NCBI GenBank assembly: GCA_965649225.1
Contig: CBFGJX010000020.1
Span: forward strand, 1 to 52,907
Origin: a candidate division WOR-3 bacterium
GTDB lineage: Bacteria; Hydrothermota; Tepidihabitantia; Tepidihabitantales; Tepidihabitantaceae
DNA length: 52,907 bases
Direction: 5' to 3'
Part shown: positions 20,288 through 29,186 of the stretch, piece after piece
How the letters are laid out: each line of letters begins with the position of its first letter
Numbering within the stretch: position 1 is the stretch's first letter
The notes under the pieces: generated by a model
The model's database searches: none
Told to the model about the DNA's origin: nothing
What the model saw: the letters and a program-made list of their open reading frames with translations, nothing else
Translations under genes and position numbers: made by a program

Positions 20288-21358
20288 ATGTTTAGTCAGC
20301 GAATCAAATTGACAGCGATTATGGCTGCAGCGCTCTTGGCTGTCGGCTGTAACAGTATGTTTGACGTTCCGCGGGCTGAGGTTGAAGCCGCAACTCAGCC
20401 CTACTGCGGTACTCCCCTCTCGGTCAACCTCCTGGCAGGGCAAAATATTCAGGTCGGCACTGTTACGGTAAGTAACGACCAGACAAATCTGTACGTCAGC
20501 TTCACCACAACCGGCAACTGGTGGCTTTCGGAAACCCACGTCCATGTGGCAACGTCGCTTGCCGGTATCCCGCAGCGCAATGGCAATCCCGTCCCCGGCC
20601 AGTTTGCCTACAAGGCCAACCATAATCCGATGGTACAGAATTACGTCTATACCATTCCACTCGGTTCCTGGACGCCCGGCACCCAGCTCTACATCGCAGC
20701 TCATTCAGTCGTCAATCTCCTCGACCAGTACGGCAATATCATCCAGCGCGAAACCGGCTGGGGCCAAGGTCCCGGATTCCCAGGTCGGAACTGGGCGATG
20801 TACCTGACTTACACGGTTCAGGCCTGCAACCCCAACCCGGACCCGCTGCTCGGTCAGTTCCGCACCCAGACTCAGGGCGGCTGGGGTTCAGTACCACAGG
20901 GCAACAACCCCGGCGCGTACCTGCACAGCAACTTCACCAGCGCTTTTCCGTCCGGTGTGGTTGTTGGCGGCGGTTATACCATCACACTCACGTCGGCACA
21001 GGCAGTTACCGACTATCTGCCCGACGGCGGCACTCCGGCCCCGCTGACTCAGAACTGGACCAATCCCACCGGAATGATCTCGGTACTCGCCGGACAGGTA
21101 GTTGCTCTCACACTCAACGTTGGTTTCGACCTCTACGACCCGGCATTCAGCCCCTCACCAGTCAATCTCAAGGACCTGGTTGTCGCGGACCCGACAAGCC
21201 CTTACTACGGCTGGACTGTTCAGCAGGTACTCAATCAGGCGAATCTGATACTGGGCGGTGGACCTGGCGACCCGTCCCAGATCAACGACGCGGTCTCAAG
21301 CATCAACGAGAACTTTGTTGACGGCAATACCAACAACGGCTTCCTGTCGTTGCCTTAG
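20288..21358 (+). CDS. Hypothetical lipoprotein
   Basis: RBS AAAGGA, lipobox LAVGC, LLAGQNIQVGTVTV...ETHVHV...IAAHSVV domain and a C-terminal RTQTQGGWG domain. Confidence 0.85.
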   Translation: MFSQRIKLTAIMAAALLAVGCNSMFDVPRAEVEAATQPYCGTPLSVNLLAGQNIQVGTVTVSNDQTNLYVSFTTTGNWWLSETHVHVATSLAGIPQRNGNPVPGQFAYKANHNPMVQNYVYTIPLGSWTPGTQLYIAAHSVVNLLDQYGNIIQRETGWGQGPGFPGRNWAMYLTYTVQACNPNPDPLLGQFRTQTQGGWGSVPQGNNPGAYLHSNFTSAFPSGVVVGGGYTITLTSAQAVTDYLPDGGTPAPLTQNWTNPTGMISVLAGQVVALTLNVGFDLYDPAFSPSPVNLKDLVVADPTSPYYGWTVQQVLNQANLILGGGPGDPSQINDAVSSINENFVDGNTNNGFLSLP

Positions 21359-21376
21359 AAACCATCCTGCAGCAGT

Positions 21377-21403
21377 GCGGGGCAGGGCGCAACCCTGCCC
21401 CGC
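21377..21403. terminator. GC-rich hairpin between convergent genes
   Basis: GCGGGGCAGGG-cgcaa-CCCTGCCCCGC. Confidence 0.75.
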
Positions 21404-21426
21404 TCACTTTCGGCCAATGCCCCGAA

Positions 21427-22110
21427 CTAAATCTGTTCCTCGTCGAAGAAAAGATTGACGTATTCGACCCCGGGCGTCCGGTTGAGTTCGGCAATCAGCT
21501 CCTGCCCTTTGTCGATGTGTTTGAGCCGAACATAGAACGTGAGTTCGAGCAGGTCGGTATCACCCAGCGAACGCACGTTCACCGGAGTCAGCTTCTGACA
21601 ATACCGGTCGAGCACCGACTGATAGGCAGCCGGCTGTCCAGAACTGGTCCGATAGTTGAACTGCAGCAGATAGTCGTCGCGGCGCGGTGCGCCAAAACGG
21701 GTGTGGTAAAGCAGGATGATGGCCAGTCCGATCATCAGTGTACCCACCAGCGCCACGGCGTAGAACCCCACTCCGGCAGCCATGCCCACGCCCAGAGCCA
21801 GAAAGACATAGACGACATCCTGCGTATTCTTGACGGCATGACGGAACCGCACGACCGACAGCGCGCCAACCAGCCCGAAGGCCCGGGCCAGATTGTTGCC
21901 GATGACGCTGATAACCAGCGCGGTGGCCATTGCCAGCAGTATCAATGTGTTCGTGTAGGCGACCGAGTAGCCCGGCCCCCGATAAGTCCGACGATAAAGC
22001 CAGGCGATTGCCGCACCGCAGACAAATGCCACCGCGACTTTCACCGCCACCACCGGCCCGCTGACCGGCAACAGCCGCAACTCAGTTACAAGCGACCGCA
22101 GCGCTTCCAT
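21427..22110 (-). CDS. DUF4956 family membrane protein
   Basis: VIGNNLARAFGLVGALSVVRFRHAVKNTQDVVYVF signature, TM helices and an ACT-like C-terminus. Directly follows the VTC gene. Confidence 0.88.
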   Translation of the reverse strand: MEALRSLVTELRLLPVSGPVVAVKVAVAFVCGAAIAWLYRRTYRGPGYSVAYTNTLILLAMATALVISVIGNNLARAFGLVGALSVVRFRHAVKNTQDVVYVFLALGVGMAAGVGFYAVALVGTLMIGLAIILLYHTRFGAPRRDDYLLQFNYRTSSGQPAAYQSVLDRYCQKLTPVNVRSLGDTDLLELTFYVRLKHIDKGQELIAELNRTPGVEYVNLFFDEEQI

Positions 22111-22162
22111 TCACTTCCTCCCTCGCGACCGATTCTCGCACCGCAGACCGAACCAGCAGGAC

Positions 22163-23017
22163 TCATGACCGTCTGCCTCCATCAGGAAACTCGACCGTAT
22201 GTCCAACACCGAGCCAGAACTTCTTCTCGCGCCGGTGAACATCGATGCCGGTTGCGTATTTGGAAAACGCCAGCCGGACCAGCTCGAACCGACGGACAAT
22301 CTGTCGCAACCAGAGCGGCAGCCGGAGATAGAACTTGACCTCAAATATGAAATGGCCGGGAATCAGAAATTTCATCTCGCGGTCATCGTAAAGCGACCTG
22401 AGTTCCGGATAGATTCGACTGCGGATATTACGGTCGAAAGTCAGCCGCAACAGCGGATCGAAGCGGCTGAAAAACGCTTCGCGTTCGTAGGCCACCAGCA
22501 CAGTCGGCAGCATTCGCCGCCGGTAATAGTTATACAGGAACCTTGAGCCTGCCTCCGCCTCCTGACTGCCCGGCTCCCAGGGCAGAATACTGCCCCGTCG
22601 GTAGGAGGCGAAAACATCGCCCAGCCGGTCCCAGCGCACCGGACAGCGGCTCTTGGATATGAAGTCCTCCTGTTTCCGTTTGATTTCCAGAAACACCAGA
22701 CTGTCCGGCTCAGGCTGGTCATAGCCGCGGATGCGCAGCTTCTTTTTCAGCCGGAAACCGTCGGCTTTCTCGAAGTAACAGGCCAGCCGGCGGTTGTCGT
22801 AATAAATACTGCGAACGGTGTACTGATGCCCGGGCCGCTGTGAACAGAACTTGTCATAGCACACGTAGGGCGCCAGCGCTGCCCGCAGAGCTGGCAGTTG
22901 CGACTTGGGAACAATGTACTTGTATTCCAGCCGCCCCGGACGCGGCATAACCGGTCCAACCGCATCCGCGACAATCCTGCTCTCGCTGGTCAACGGCACG
23001 GCTGACGTCAATGACAA
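22163..23017 (-). CDS. VTC-domain polyphosphate polymerase (CYTH/triphosphate tunnel fold)
   Basis: RLEYKY, VRSIYYDN, KLRIRGY, FLEIKRK, YEREAF, RLTFD, IFEVKF and FSKY motifs. Start is uncertain (TTG 23017 or ATG 22948). Confidence 0.9.
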   Translation of the reverse strand: MSLTSAVPLTSESRIVADAVGPVMPRPGRLEYKYIVPKSQLPALRAALAPYVCYDKFCSQRPGHQYTVRSIYYDNRRLACYFEKADGFRLKKKLRIRGYDQPEPDSLVFLEIKRKQEDFISKSRCPVRWDRLGDVFASYRRGSILPWEPGSQEAEAGSRFLYNYYRRRMLPTVLVAYEREAFFSRFDPLLRLTFDRNIRSRIYPELRSLYDDREMKFLIPGHFIFEVKFYLRLPLWLRQIVRRFELVRLAFSKYATGIDVHRREKKFWLGVGHTVEFPDGGRRS

Positions 23018-24591
23018 CCGACGACCACTATCCTCGCTGCCGGTCGCCCGCCGTCGGCCGGACCGGCAAAATAGACGCCCGGTGCCAGGCCGGCAATCTC
23101 ACCCGCTGCTGATCTCAACCGCTGCACCTGTCGCCCGGCAGCATCTACCAGCACCAGCTCACCGCCGGCAAACCGGCCGTCAGCTATCGGGAGACGATCG
23201 CGAACGAATACTGTGCCCGATGACGGACCCGGCTTCCAGCCACTCGAAGACAGCTCGGCGATACCGGAAGCCGGATAACCGAGCGTCGCATAGTCTGTTC
23301 CGGTACCACTGCCGAAACTGCCACCGGTAACCACGACGAATGCAGCGGTACGGTCGAGCGCCAGCCCGGCAACCGCATCGTTGCGGCTTCCCGGACCATC
23401 GTAGCGCTCCAGCCACTGCTGGACTCCCCCACCGTCGTACTTGATGGTAACATAGTCGGCACGGGTACCGCTGCCATAGCTTGAGCCGGCAACATACACC
23501 GAACCCGACGGGTCAACCGCAACTGCCCGGAACTCGTCAAAGCCGTGGGCCGGACCGTCATAACGCCTGACCCAGTCAAGGCTTCCATCCGAACGGTACT
23601 TGACCACTGCCCCATCAACATCACCGGTCGTGTCCTCACTGGAACCGGCGGCATAGAAATTACCGGCCGGGTCTACCGCCAGTGCCAATGCCTGGTCGGC
23701 ACCGCCGGCCGGACCATCGTAACGCACCACCCAGAGCAGTTCACCAGCCGCGCTGTACTTGATTGTCGTGAAGTCCAGGCCACCGGTTGTTCCACGGCTG
23801 GTGCCGGTGACGATGACATTGCCGGTCGGGTCAACCACCAGTGCCGCCGCTTCGTCACTCTCGTCGGCCGGCCCGTTGTACCGGCGCGTCCAGAGCGTCT
23901 CGCCGGTTGCCGCGTCGTACTTCACCAGCAGGTAGTCCCAGCTCAGTGTATAGGGATTGCCGCTGCTGCCGGCAACATAAACAGCACCGCGGCCGTCACC
24001 GGCAACCGCTGTGGCATAGTCTTCTTCGACCGTGCCGAAAATCGCTGCCCACTGCCGGTTTCCGTCCGCACCGTACTTGAGAGTGAGAAAATCCCAGCCG
24101 GCCGTATCACCGCCAGTGTAGCCGGCGACAAAAATGCCTCCGTCTCCCGCCGGTGCCAGCGCAAGGCCAAAATCGTTACCATGGGCCGGGCCGTCGTAGC
24201 GTGCGGTCCAGGCAGCTGAACCATCCGGGTTGTAGCAGATCGTGATAACGTCGGTCATCAGGTCGGCACCGGCACTGCCGCCGGTAACAACCACCCGTCC
24301 GCCCACCGATGTCAGGGCCCGCGCCTCATCATTGCCGCCCGCCGGGCCGTCAAAAACCGCTGTCCAGCCCGGCTCACCCTGCGGACCATAGCGAAGCGTG
24401 GCGATGTCGTTGCCACTGCTCCCGCCCCAGCTTGTGCCGGTAACAGTCACGGCTCCGGTTTCGTCGACTGCCACCGCCACCGCAGCATCCTCGTCGCTGG
24501 CCGGGCCGTCGTAGCGTGCCAGCCAGGCCCGGGCCGAACCGCTCAGCATCACGGCTGCAATCAGAACAGCCCCAAAAGCTTTTTGAACCAT
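23008..24591 (-). CDS. Secreted SBBP-type beta-propeller protein with C-terminal sorting domain
   Basis: Signal peptide, eight W..RYDGP...D.A.A.AVD..G..YV.G.S...DY.T.KY repeats, and CTD LVDAAGRQV...LAPGVYF. AGGAGG RBS before ATG 24591. Confidence 0.85.
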   Translation of the reverse strand: MVQKAFGAVLIAAVMLSGSARAWLARYDGPASDEDAAVAVAVDETGAVTVTGTSWGGSSGNDIATLRYGPQGEPGWTAVFDGPAGGNDEARALTSVGGRVVVTGGSAGADLMTDVITICYNPDGSAAWTARYDGPAHGNDFGLALAPAGDGGIFVAGYTGGDTAGWDFLTLKYGADGNRQWAAIFGTVEEDYATAVAGDGRGAVYVAGSSGNPYTLSWDYLLVKYDAATGETLWTRRYNGPADESDEAAALVVDPTGNVIVTGTSRGTTGGLDFTTIKYSAAGELLWVVRYDGPAGGADQALALAVDPAGNFYAAGSSEDTTGDVDGAVVKYRSDGSLDWVRRYDGPAHGFDEFRAVAVDPSGSVYVAGSSYGSGTRADYVTIKYDGGGVQQWLERYDGPGSRNDAVAGLALDRTAAFVVVTGGSFGSGTGTDYATLGYPASGIAELSSSGWKPGPSSGTVFVRDRLPIADGRFAGGELVLVDAAGRQVQRLRSAAGEIAGLAPGVYFAGPADGGRPAARIVVVGCH

Positions 24592-24608
24592 CTCCCACCT
24601 CCTTGTGG

Positions 24609-26054
24609 TCAACGAACCAGTGTCAATCGTGCCGTCACCGCCCCGTCGCGCAGAAAGTAAACCCCGGGAGCCAGCCGGCTGAGGTCATTGTTTCCCGGCT
24701 GCAACAGTTGTTGCCGGCGTCCGCTGACATCAACCAGCTCGACGCTGTGATCGCCGGTCAGCCGCAGCGTTCCCCGGGCAACCGCCGGCACGTTCAATCG
24801 CGATATTGACGTCGCTGGTTTCTCCGCCGCACCGGTTGCGAACTCGCGCGGATACTTTATCGCCCGGCCGGTCTGCGAGCCGATGTTGTACTGCCAGACG
24901 ACCTGGCCGGAACGGGTTACCTCGGTAATCCGGCCGCTGGTGCCCTCAATCATGAAAGTATTGCCATTGGGCATCCGGAACGCACCGCTGAGGTGATTGG
25001 CGAAGAACACACCCGGGTTCTGGTAGTACCAGACCGGCGCCGCCGGACCGAACGCCGAATCCGGATGGATATAGAACCGGCCGGCGGAATCACGCGGCGG
25101 CACCAGTTCCATAACGGTCGAATAGTCGTTGGCAGTACCCGGCCGGTCGCCGTTATTGAAAATCAGGATATTGCCCGCGCCCTCCAGCCCCGGCCGAATC
25201 CAGTTTGCACCGTGGACAACGTAGAAGACCCGGTCAGCCGAAGTGCCACGCCGGTAGTTCTGTGGATTACCCCAGCGCCAGAGAATGTCGCCGCCCCGGC
25301 CGTGCCGGCCGCCGGTGTGGCCCCGCGCCTCTTCGGTTGTCGTCGAATGGTCAATGACGTAGACCTCGTGGAGATTGTGCGAGCAGAAAACGATCAGGTC
25401 TTCCTCTTCGTTGTAGTCCACCGCGTTAAAATGCGTCCAGTCGCCGTTCACGACCGTACCCAGATTGATGTCAATCAGCTCCGGATGATCACGAACCACG
25501 CCATAGTTCGGCTTGGTTGAATCAACATCCTGAATCAGATGGTCCCACAAATGCCATTCCCAGACCACTCGCCCGCCCACCGGGTCATACTCGATGATCT
25601 CGTCCGGCCAGAAATCGGAAGTGATGTTGAGCCGGCCATAGGCCTGAGCTTCGGTTCTGGTTTTGCGGTCCCACGATACCACCAGCACATTGCCGTTGGG
25701 CATCGGCTGAATGTCATGGTGCTGTTGATGGTTGGCGTTGGACCAGAGAAAACTGCGAATGACATCACCGGTCCAGGAGTACTGTTCGATCAACCCACCA
25801 TAGGCCGCACCGCGCAGTATCGCTCCGGAATAGACCCCGGGCCGCCACATCGTACTGTCCGGCATAAGATAGGGCATGTACGCTGGGTTGCTGGTACAAG
25901 TCCAGGAATTGACGGTCTGGCCGCTGTTGTTGATCAGCCGTGCTGTCCGGCTGCTCATCGGGTTATAGAGCGTCAGTCCGTCATAGGCCTGGGCTGCGGC
26001 AATTGCGCTCAGCGCCAGCGCAGCGCCAACGATGCCGGTAATGGTTCGCTGCAT
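24609..26054 (-). CDS. Arylsulfate sulfotransferase (ASST)-fold secreted protein, paralogue 3
   Basis: QQHHDIQPMPNGN, DWTHFNAV, IDHSTTTEEARGHTGG, RWGNPQNY and AFRMPNGNT motifs, plus a CTD. Confidence 0.85.
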   Translation of the reverse strand: MQRTITGIVGAALALSAIAAAQAYDGLTLYNPMSSRTARLINNSGQTVNSWTCTSNPAYMPYLMPDSTMWRPGVYSGAILRGAAYGGLIEQYSWTGDVIRSFLWSNANHQQHHDIQPMPNGNVLVVSWDRKTRTEAQAYGRLNITSDFWPDEIIEYDPVGGRVVWEWHLWDHLIQDVDSTKPNYGVVRDHPELIDINLGTVVNGDWTHFNAVDYNEEEDLIVFCSHNLHEVYVIDHSTTTEEARGHTGGRHGRGGDILWRWGNPQNYRRGTSADRVFYVVHGANWIRPGLEGAGNILIFNNGDRPGTANDYSTVMELVPPRDSAGRFYIHPDSAFGPAAPVWYYQNPGVFFANHLSGAFRMPNGNTFMIEGTSGRITEVTRSGQVVWQYNIGSQTGRAIKYPREFATGAAEKPATSISRLNVPAVARGTLRLTGDHSVELVDVSGRRQQLLQPGNNDLSRLAPGVYFLRDGAVTARLTLVR

Positions 26055-26099
26055 TCACAACCTCCCTGTTTGAATCAGTGTCAGATTCTTCACCACCGG

Positions 26100-27647
26100 C
26101 TATTCCGCAAGCACCAGCTTGCGGCACTCCTCTGTCGTGCGCCCGTCAGCAGTACGGGTAGTCATGCGCAGAAAAACTATCCGGCCGGCCGGTCGGCTGG
26201 CAGGAACAACAACGGCACTCAGGCTGTGTTCACCGGCCGGACATTCACCGGTGAAAATTGTCTGCACCAGACGACCATCCGCACCAAACACCGCCAGCCG
26301 GACCCGGCAGCTTTCTTCCAGCCCGAACCGCAAAGCTGTACGCTGCCCCGGCCGCACCGGTGAACTGCAACGCAGGTTGCTCAGCAGCCCCGGACTTGTC
26401 CTGTCCGGGGCTGCGGTCGCAAACTCGCGCGGATACTTGATTGCCCTACCGGTCCAGGCCCCGGCGTTGTAGGTCCAGACGACCTGGCCATCCTCGGTCA
26501 CCTCGCTCAGACGGCCGCTCACCGCCTCGGTGATGAAGGTGTTGCCGTTGGGCAACCGGTAGGCACCGGACATGTGACCGGAATAGAACACGCCCGGGTT
26601 CTGATAAACCCAGCACGGCGCCGCCGGGCCGAACGCCGAATCCGGGTGAATGTAGTAGTGGTCGTTGGCATCGAGTGGCGGCGCAATTTCCTCGACACTG
26701 GAATAATCGTTGGCGGTGCCCGGCCGGTCACCGTTGTTGAAGACAAGGATGTGGCCGGCCCCGCGCAGCCCCGGCCCGATCCAGTTCGCCCCGTGAACGA
26801 CAAAGAAACGCTGGTCAGTTGAATCTCCGCGCCGGTAGTTCTGAGGATTGCCCCAGCGGTAGATGATATCACCACCCCGGCCGTGGCGTCCGCCGGTGTG
26901 ACCCGCGGCCTCGGCAGTCGTGGTCGAGTGGTCAATCACATAGATTTCATTTAGAAAGTGCGACGAAAAGATTATCTCGTCCCGCTCCGGGCTGTATTCG
27001 ACGATATTGGCGTGAATCCAGTCGCCGTAGGAAAACAGCGTGCCGAGATTGATGTCGATGAGCTCAGGATGGTCCCGGACAACGCCGTAGTTTGGTTTGG
27101 CCGGGTCAACGTCCTGAATCAGGTGGTCCCAGACCCGCCAGCGCCAGACAACGCTGTCGGCGTCCGGGTCGTACTCGACTATTTCCTCCGGCCACATCTC
27201 GCCGCTGATGTTCACCCGCCCCATCGCCTCAGCCTCGGCCCGGGTCTTGCGCTCCCAGGCCAGCAGCAGAATGTTGCCGTTGGGCATGGGATGAATGTCA
27301 TGATGCTGCTGGTGATTGGAATCGGCCCAGCGAAAACTCTGAACGACATTGCCCTGCCAGTCGTAGCGCTCGATCAGTCCGCCATAAACGCCACCGCGCA
27401 TCACCGCCCCGGGATGCGCACCGGGTCGCCAGATGGTACTGTCGGGCAGCAGGTACACGGCGTAGGCCGGTGTGGTAGTGTGATTCCATGAGTTCACCAG
27501 TCGACCCGAATTGTCCACCAGCCGTGTCGTACGGCTGTAAAGCGAATTGTAGATTACCAGACCGTCGAACGGCTGACCGCTGACCGACAGCGGCGCCATG
27601 GCCAGCGCCACCGCGATGAGCGCGAAACGATGCCAGTTCTGTTTCAT
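26100..27647 (-). CDS. ASST-fold secreted protein, paralogue 2
   Basis: Same motifs (QQHHD, DWIHAN, IDHSTTT, RWGNPQNY), with a longer FlgD/T9SS-like CTD. Confidence 0.85.
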   Translation of the reverse strand: MKQNWHRFALIAVALAMAPLSVSGQPFDGLVIYNSLYSRTTRLVDNSGRLVNSWNHTTTPAYAVYLLPDSTIWRPGAHPGAVMRGGVYGGLIERYDWQGNVVQSFRWADSNHQQHHDIHPMPNGNILLLAWERKTRAEAEAMGRVNISGEMWPEEIVEYDPDADSVVWRWRVWDHLIQDVDPAKPNYGVVRDHPELIDINLGTLFSYGDWIHANIVEYSPERDEIIFSSHFLNEIYVIDHSTTTAEAAGHTGGRHGRGGDIIYRWGNPQNYRRGDSTDQRFFVVHGANWIGPGLRGAGHILVFNNGDRPGTANDYSSVEEIAPPLDANDHYYIHPDSAFGPAAPCWVYQNPGVFYSGHMSGAYRLPNGNTFITEAVSGRLSEVTEDGQVVWTYNAGAWTGRAIKYPREFATAAPDRTSPGLLSNLRCSSPVRPGQRTALRFGLEESCRVRLAVFGADGRLVQTIFTGECPAGEHSLSAVVVPASRPAGRIVFLRMTTRTADGRTTEECRKLVLAE

Positions 27648-27653
27648 TCTCCC

Positions 27654-29183
27654 TCACCTCACGATCGCCAGTCGGACAATCTCAGACTGCTGCCCGGCAA
27701 CAACTCCGGCCGCGGTCAACCGCAGCAGATACACCCCGCCCGTCACCGCCTTTGTCGGCAGCCCAAACTGCCGCACATGGCGTCCCGCCCCGAGCCAACC
27801 CTCAACAACGGTCATCACTGCCCGACCCGCCGCGTCAAACAATTTCAGGACGACCTGCGACGGCTCCTTCAACTCGAATCGCACAAACGCAGCTTCGCCA
27901 GGTCGTACCGGCGAGTTGCACCCGAGCCGAAAAACCGCGCCTGCCGGCCGCTCCGCAACACCGGTCAGGTCCAGTGAATACTTCGACGCCCGCGCCACCT
28001 GACTGCCAGTGTTATAAGACCAGGCAATCGTCCGCGACGGTGTTATTTCCTGTACCAGCCCGCTGACTCCAAGTGTCACCAGCGTATTGCCATTGGCCAG
28101 CCGGTAGGCACCCCCCAGATGCTGTGAGTAGAAACTGCGCCCGTTTGAGTACTGCCAGGTCGCGGTTCGTGGCCCGAACGCCGAATCAGGGCCGATACGA
28201 TAATGGTCGCCGGAATCCAGCGGCGGGGTCAGTTCAAGCACCACCGAAGAATCACCCGACGTGCCGGGCCGGTCACCATTGTTGAGCAGCAGGATATTCC
28301 CTGCTCCGGGCATGCCGGGCCGGATCCAGTTGGCCCCGTGGGCAACAAACAACACCTGATCGGCCGCCGTCCCGCGGTCATAGACCTGCGGGTTTCCCCA
28401 GCGGTAGATAATGTCACCACCGCGGCCGTGTCGTCCGCCGCTGTGCCCGCGCGCCTGTTCAGTCGTCGTCGAATGGTCAATGACATAGATTTCAGACAGC
28501 GTATGCGAGGTCAGGATTATCTCGTCGCGCTGCGGGTTGTAATCAACCGTATTGATATGCATCCAGTCGCCGCCCTGCTGAATCGGACCCTGATTGATGT
28601 CGAGCAGCTCCGGGTGCTCGGCCACCACGCCGTAGTTCGGCTTCTGCGGGTCGACATCCTGAATCAGATGGTCCCAGAAACTCCAGCGCCAGACCACGCT
28701 GTCGGCGGCCGGATCCCACTCGATGACCTCATCCGGCCAGATTTCACCGGTCAGTCCCACCCGCCCCATTGCCAGACCCTCGTCCCGACTCTTGCGCACC
28801 CAGGCCACCAGCAACACATGGCCGTTCGGCATCACACAGAAATCGTGGTGTTGCTGATGGTTGGAATCCGACCACAGGAAACTCTCGATGAGGTTGTTGT
28901 TCCAGTCGTAATGTGCCATCAGCCCGCCATACGGCCCGCCGCGCATGACCGACCCGGGATAGACCTCCATCCGCCAGATCGTCGAATCGGGCAGCAGGTA
29001 AGCCATGTAGCAGTTATAGGCTGAAGTCCAGGAATTCACCGTCTGACCGGCGTTATTCTTCAGCCAGGTTGTCCGGGTGTTGATCGGATTGTAAAGCGTC
29101 AGCCCGTTGAAAGCCTGCCCGAGCGCCGTCGCGGTCACCAGCACGACTGTCAGCACCGATAATGCCGCACCCCGTGCCATCAC
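27654..29183 (-). CDS. ASST-fold secreted protein, paralogue 1
   Basis: Same motifs (QQHHD, DWMHIN, IDHSTTT, RWGNPQ), with CTD LFDAAGRAV...GVYLLRL. Confidence 0.85.
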   Translation of the reverse strand: MMARGAALSVLTVVLVTATALGQAFNGLTLYNPINTRTTWLKNNAGQTVNSWTSAYNCYMAYLLPDSTIWRMEVYPGSVMRGGPYGGLMAHYDWNNNLIESFLWSDSNHQQHHDFCVMPNGHVLLVAWVRKSRDEGLAMGRVGLTGEIWPDEVIEWDPAADSVVWRWSFWDHLIQDVDPQKPNYGVVAEHPELLDINQGPIQQGGDWMHINTVDYNPQRDEIILTSHTLSEIYVIDHSTTTEQARGHSGGRHGRGGDIIYRWGNPQVYDRGTAADQVLFVAHGANWIRPGMPGAGNILLLNNGDRPGTSGDSSVVLELTPPLDSGDHYRIGPDSAFGPRTATWQYSNGRSFYSQHLGGAYRLANGNTLVTLGVSGLVQEITPSRTIAWSYNTGSQVARASKYSLDLTGVAERPAGAVFRLGCNSPVRPGEAAFVRFELKEPSQVVLKLFDAAGRAVMTVVEGWLGAGRHVRQFGLPTKAVTGGVYLLRLTAAGVVAGQQSEIVRLAIVR

Positions 29184-29186
29184 CGG

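Noticed and set aside
23008..29183. Repeats that might be a CRISPR array or mobile element
   Set aside because: They are degenerate protein-coding repeats and paralogous genes, with no constant repeat-spacer pattern and no cas genes.
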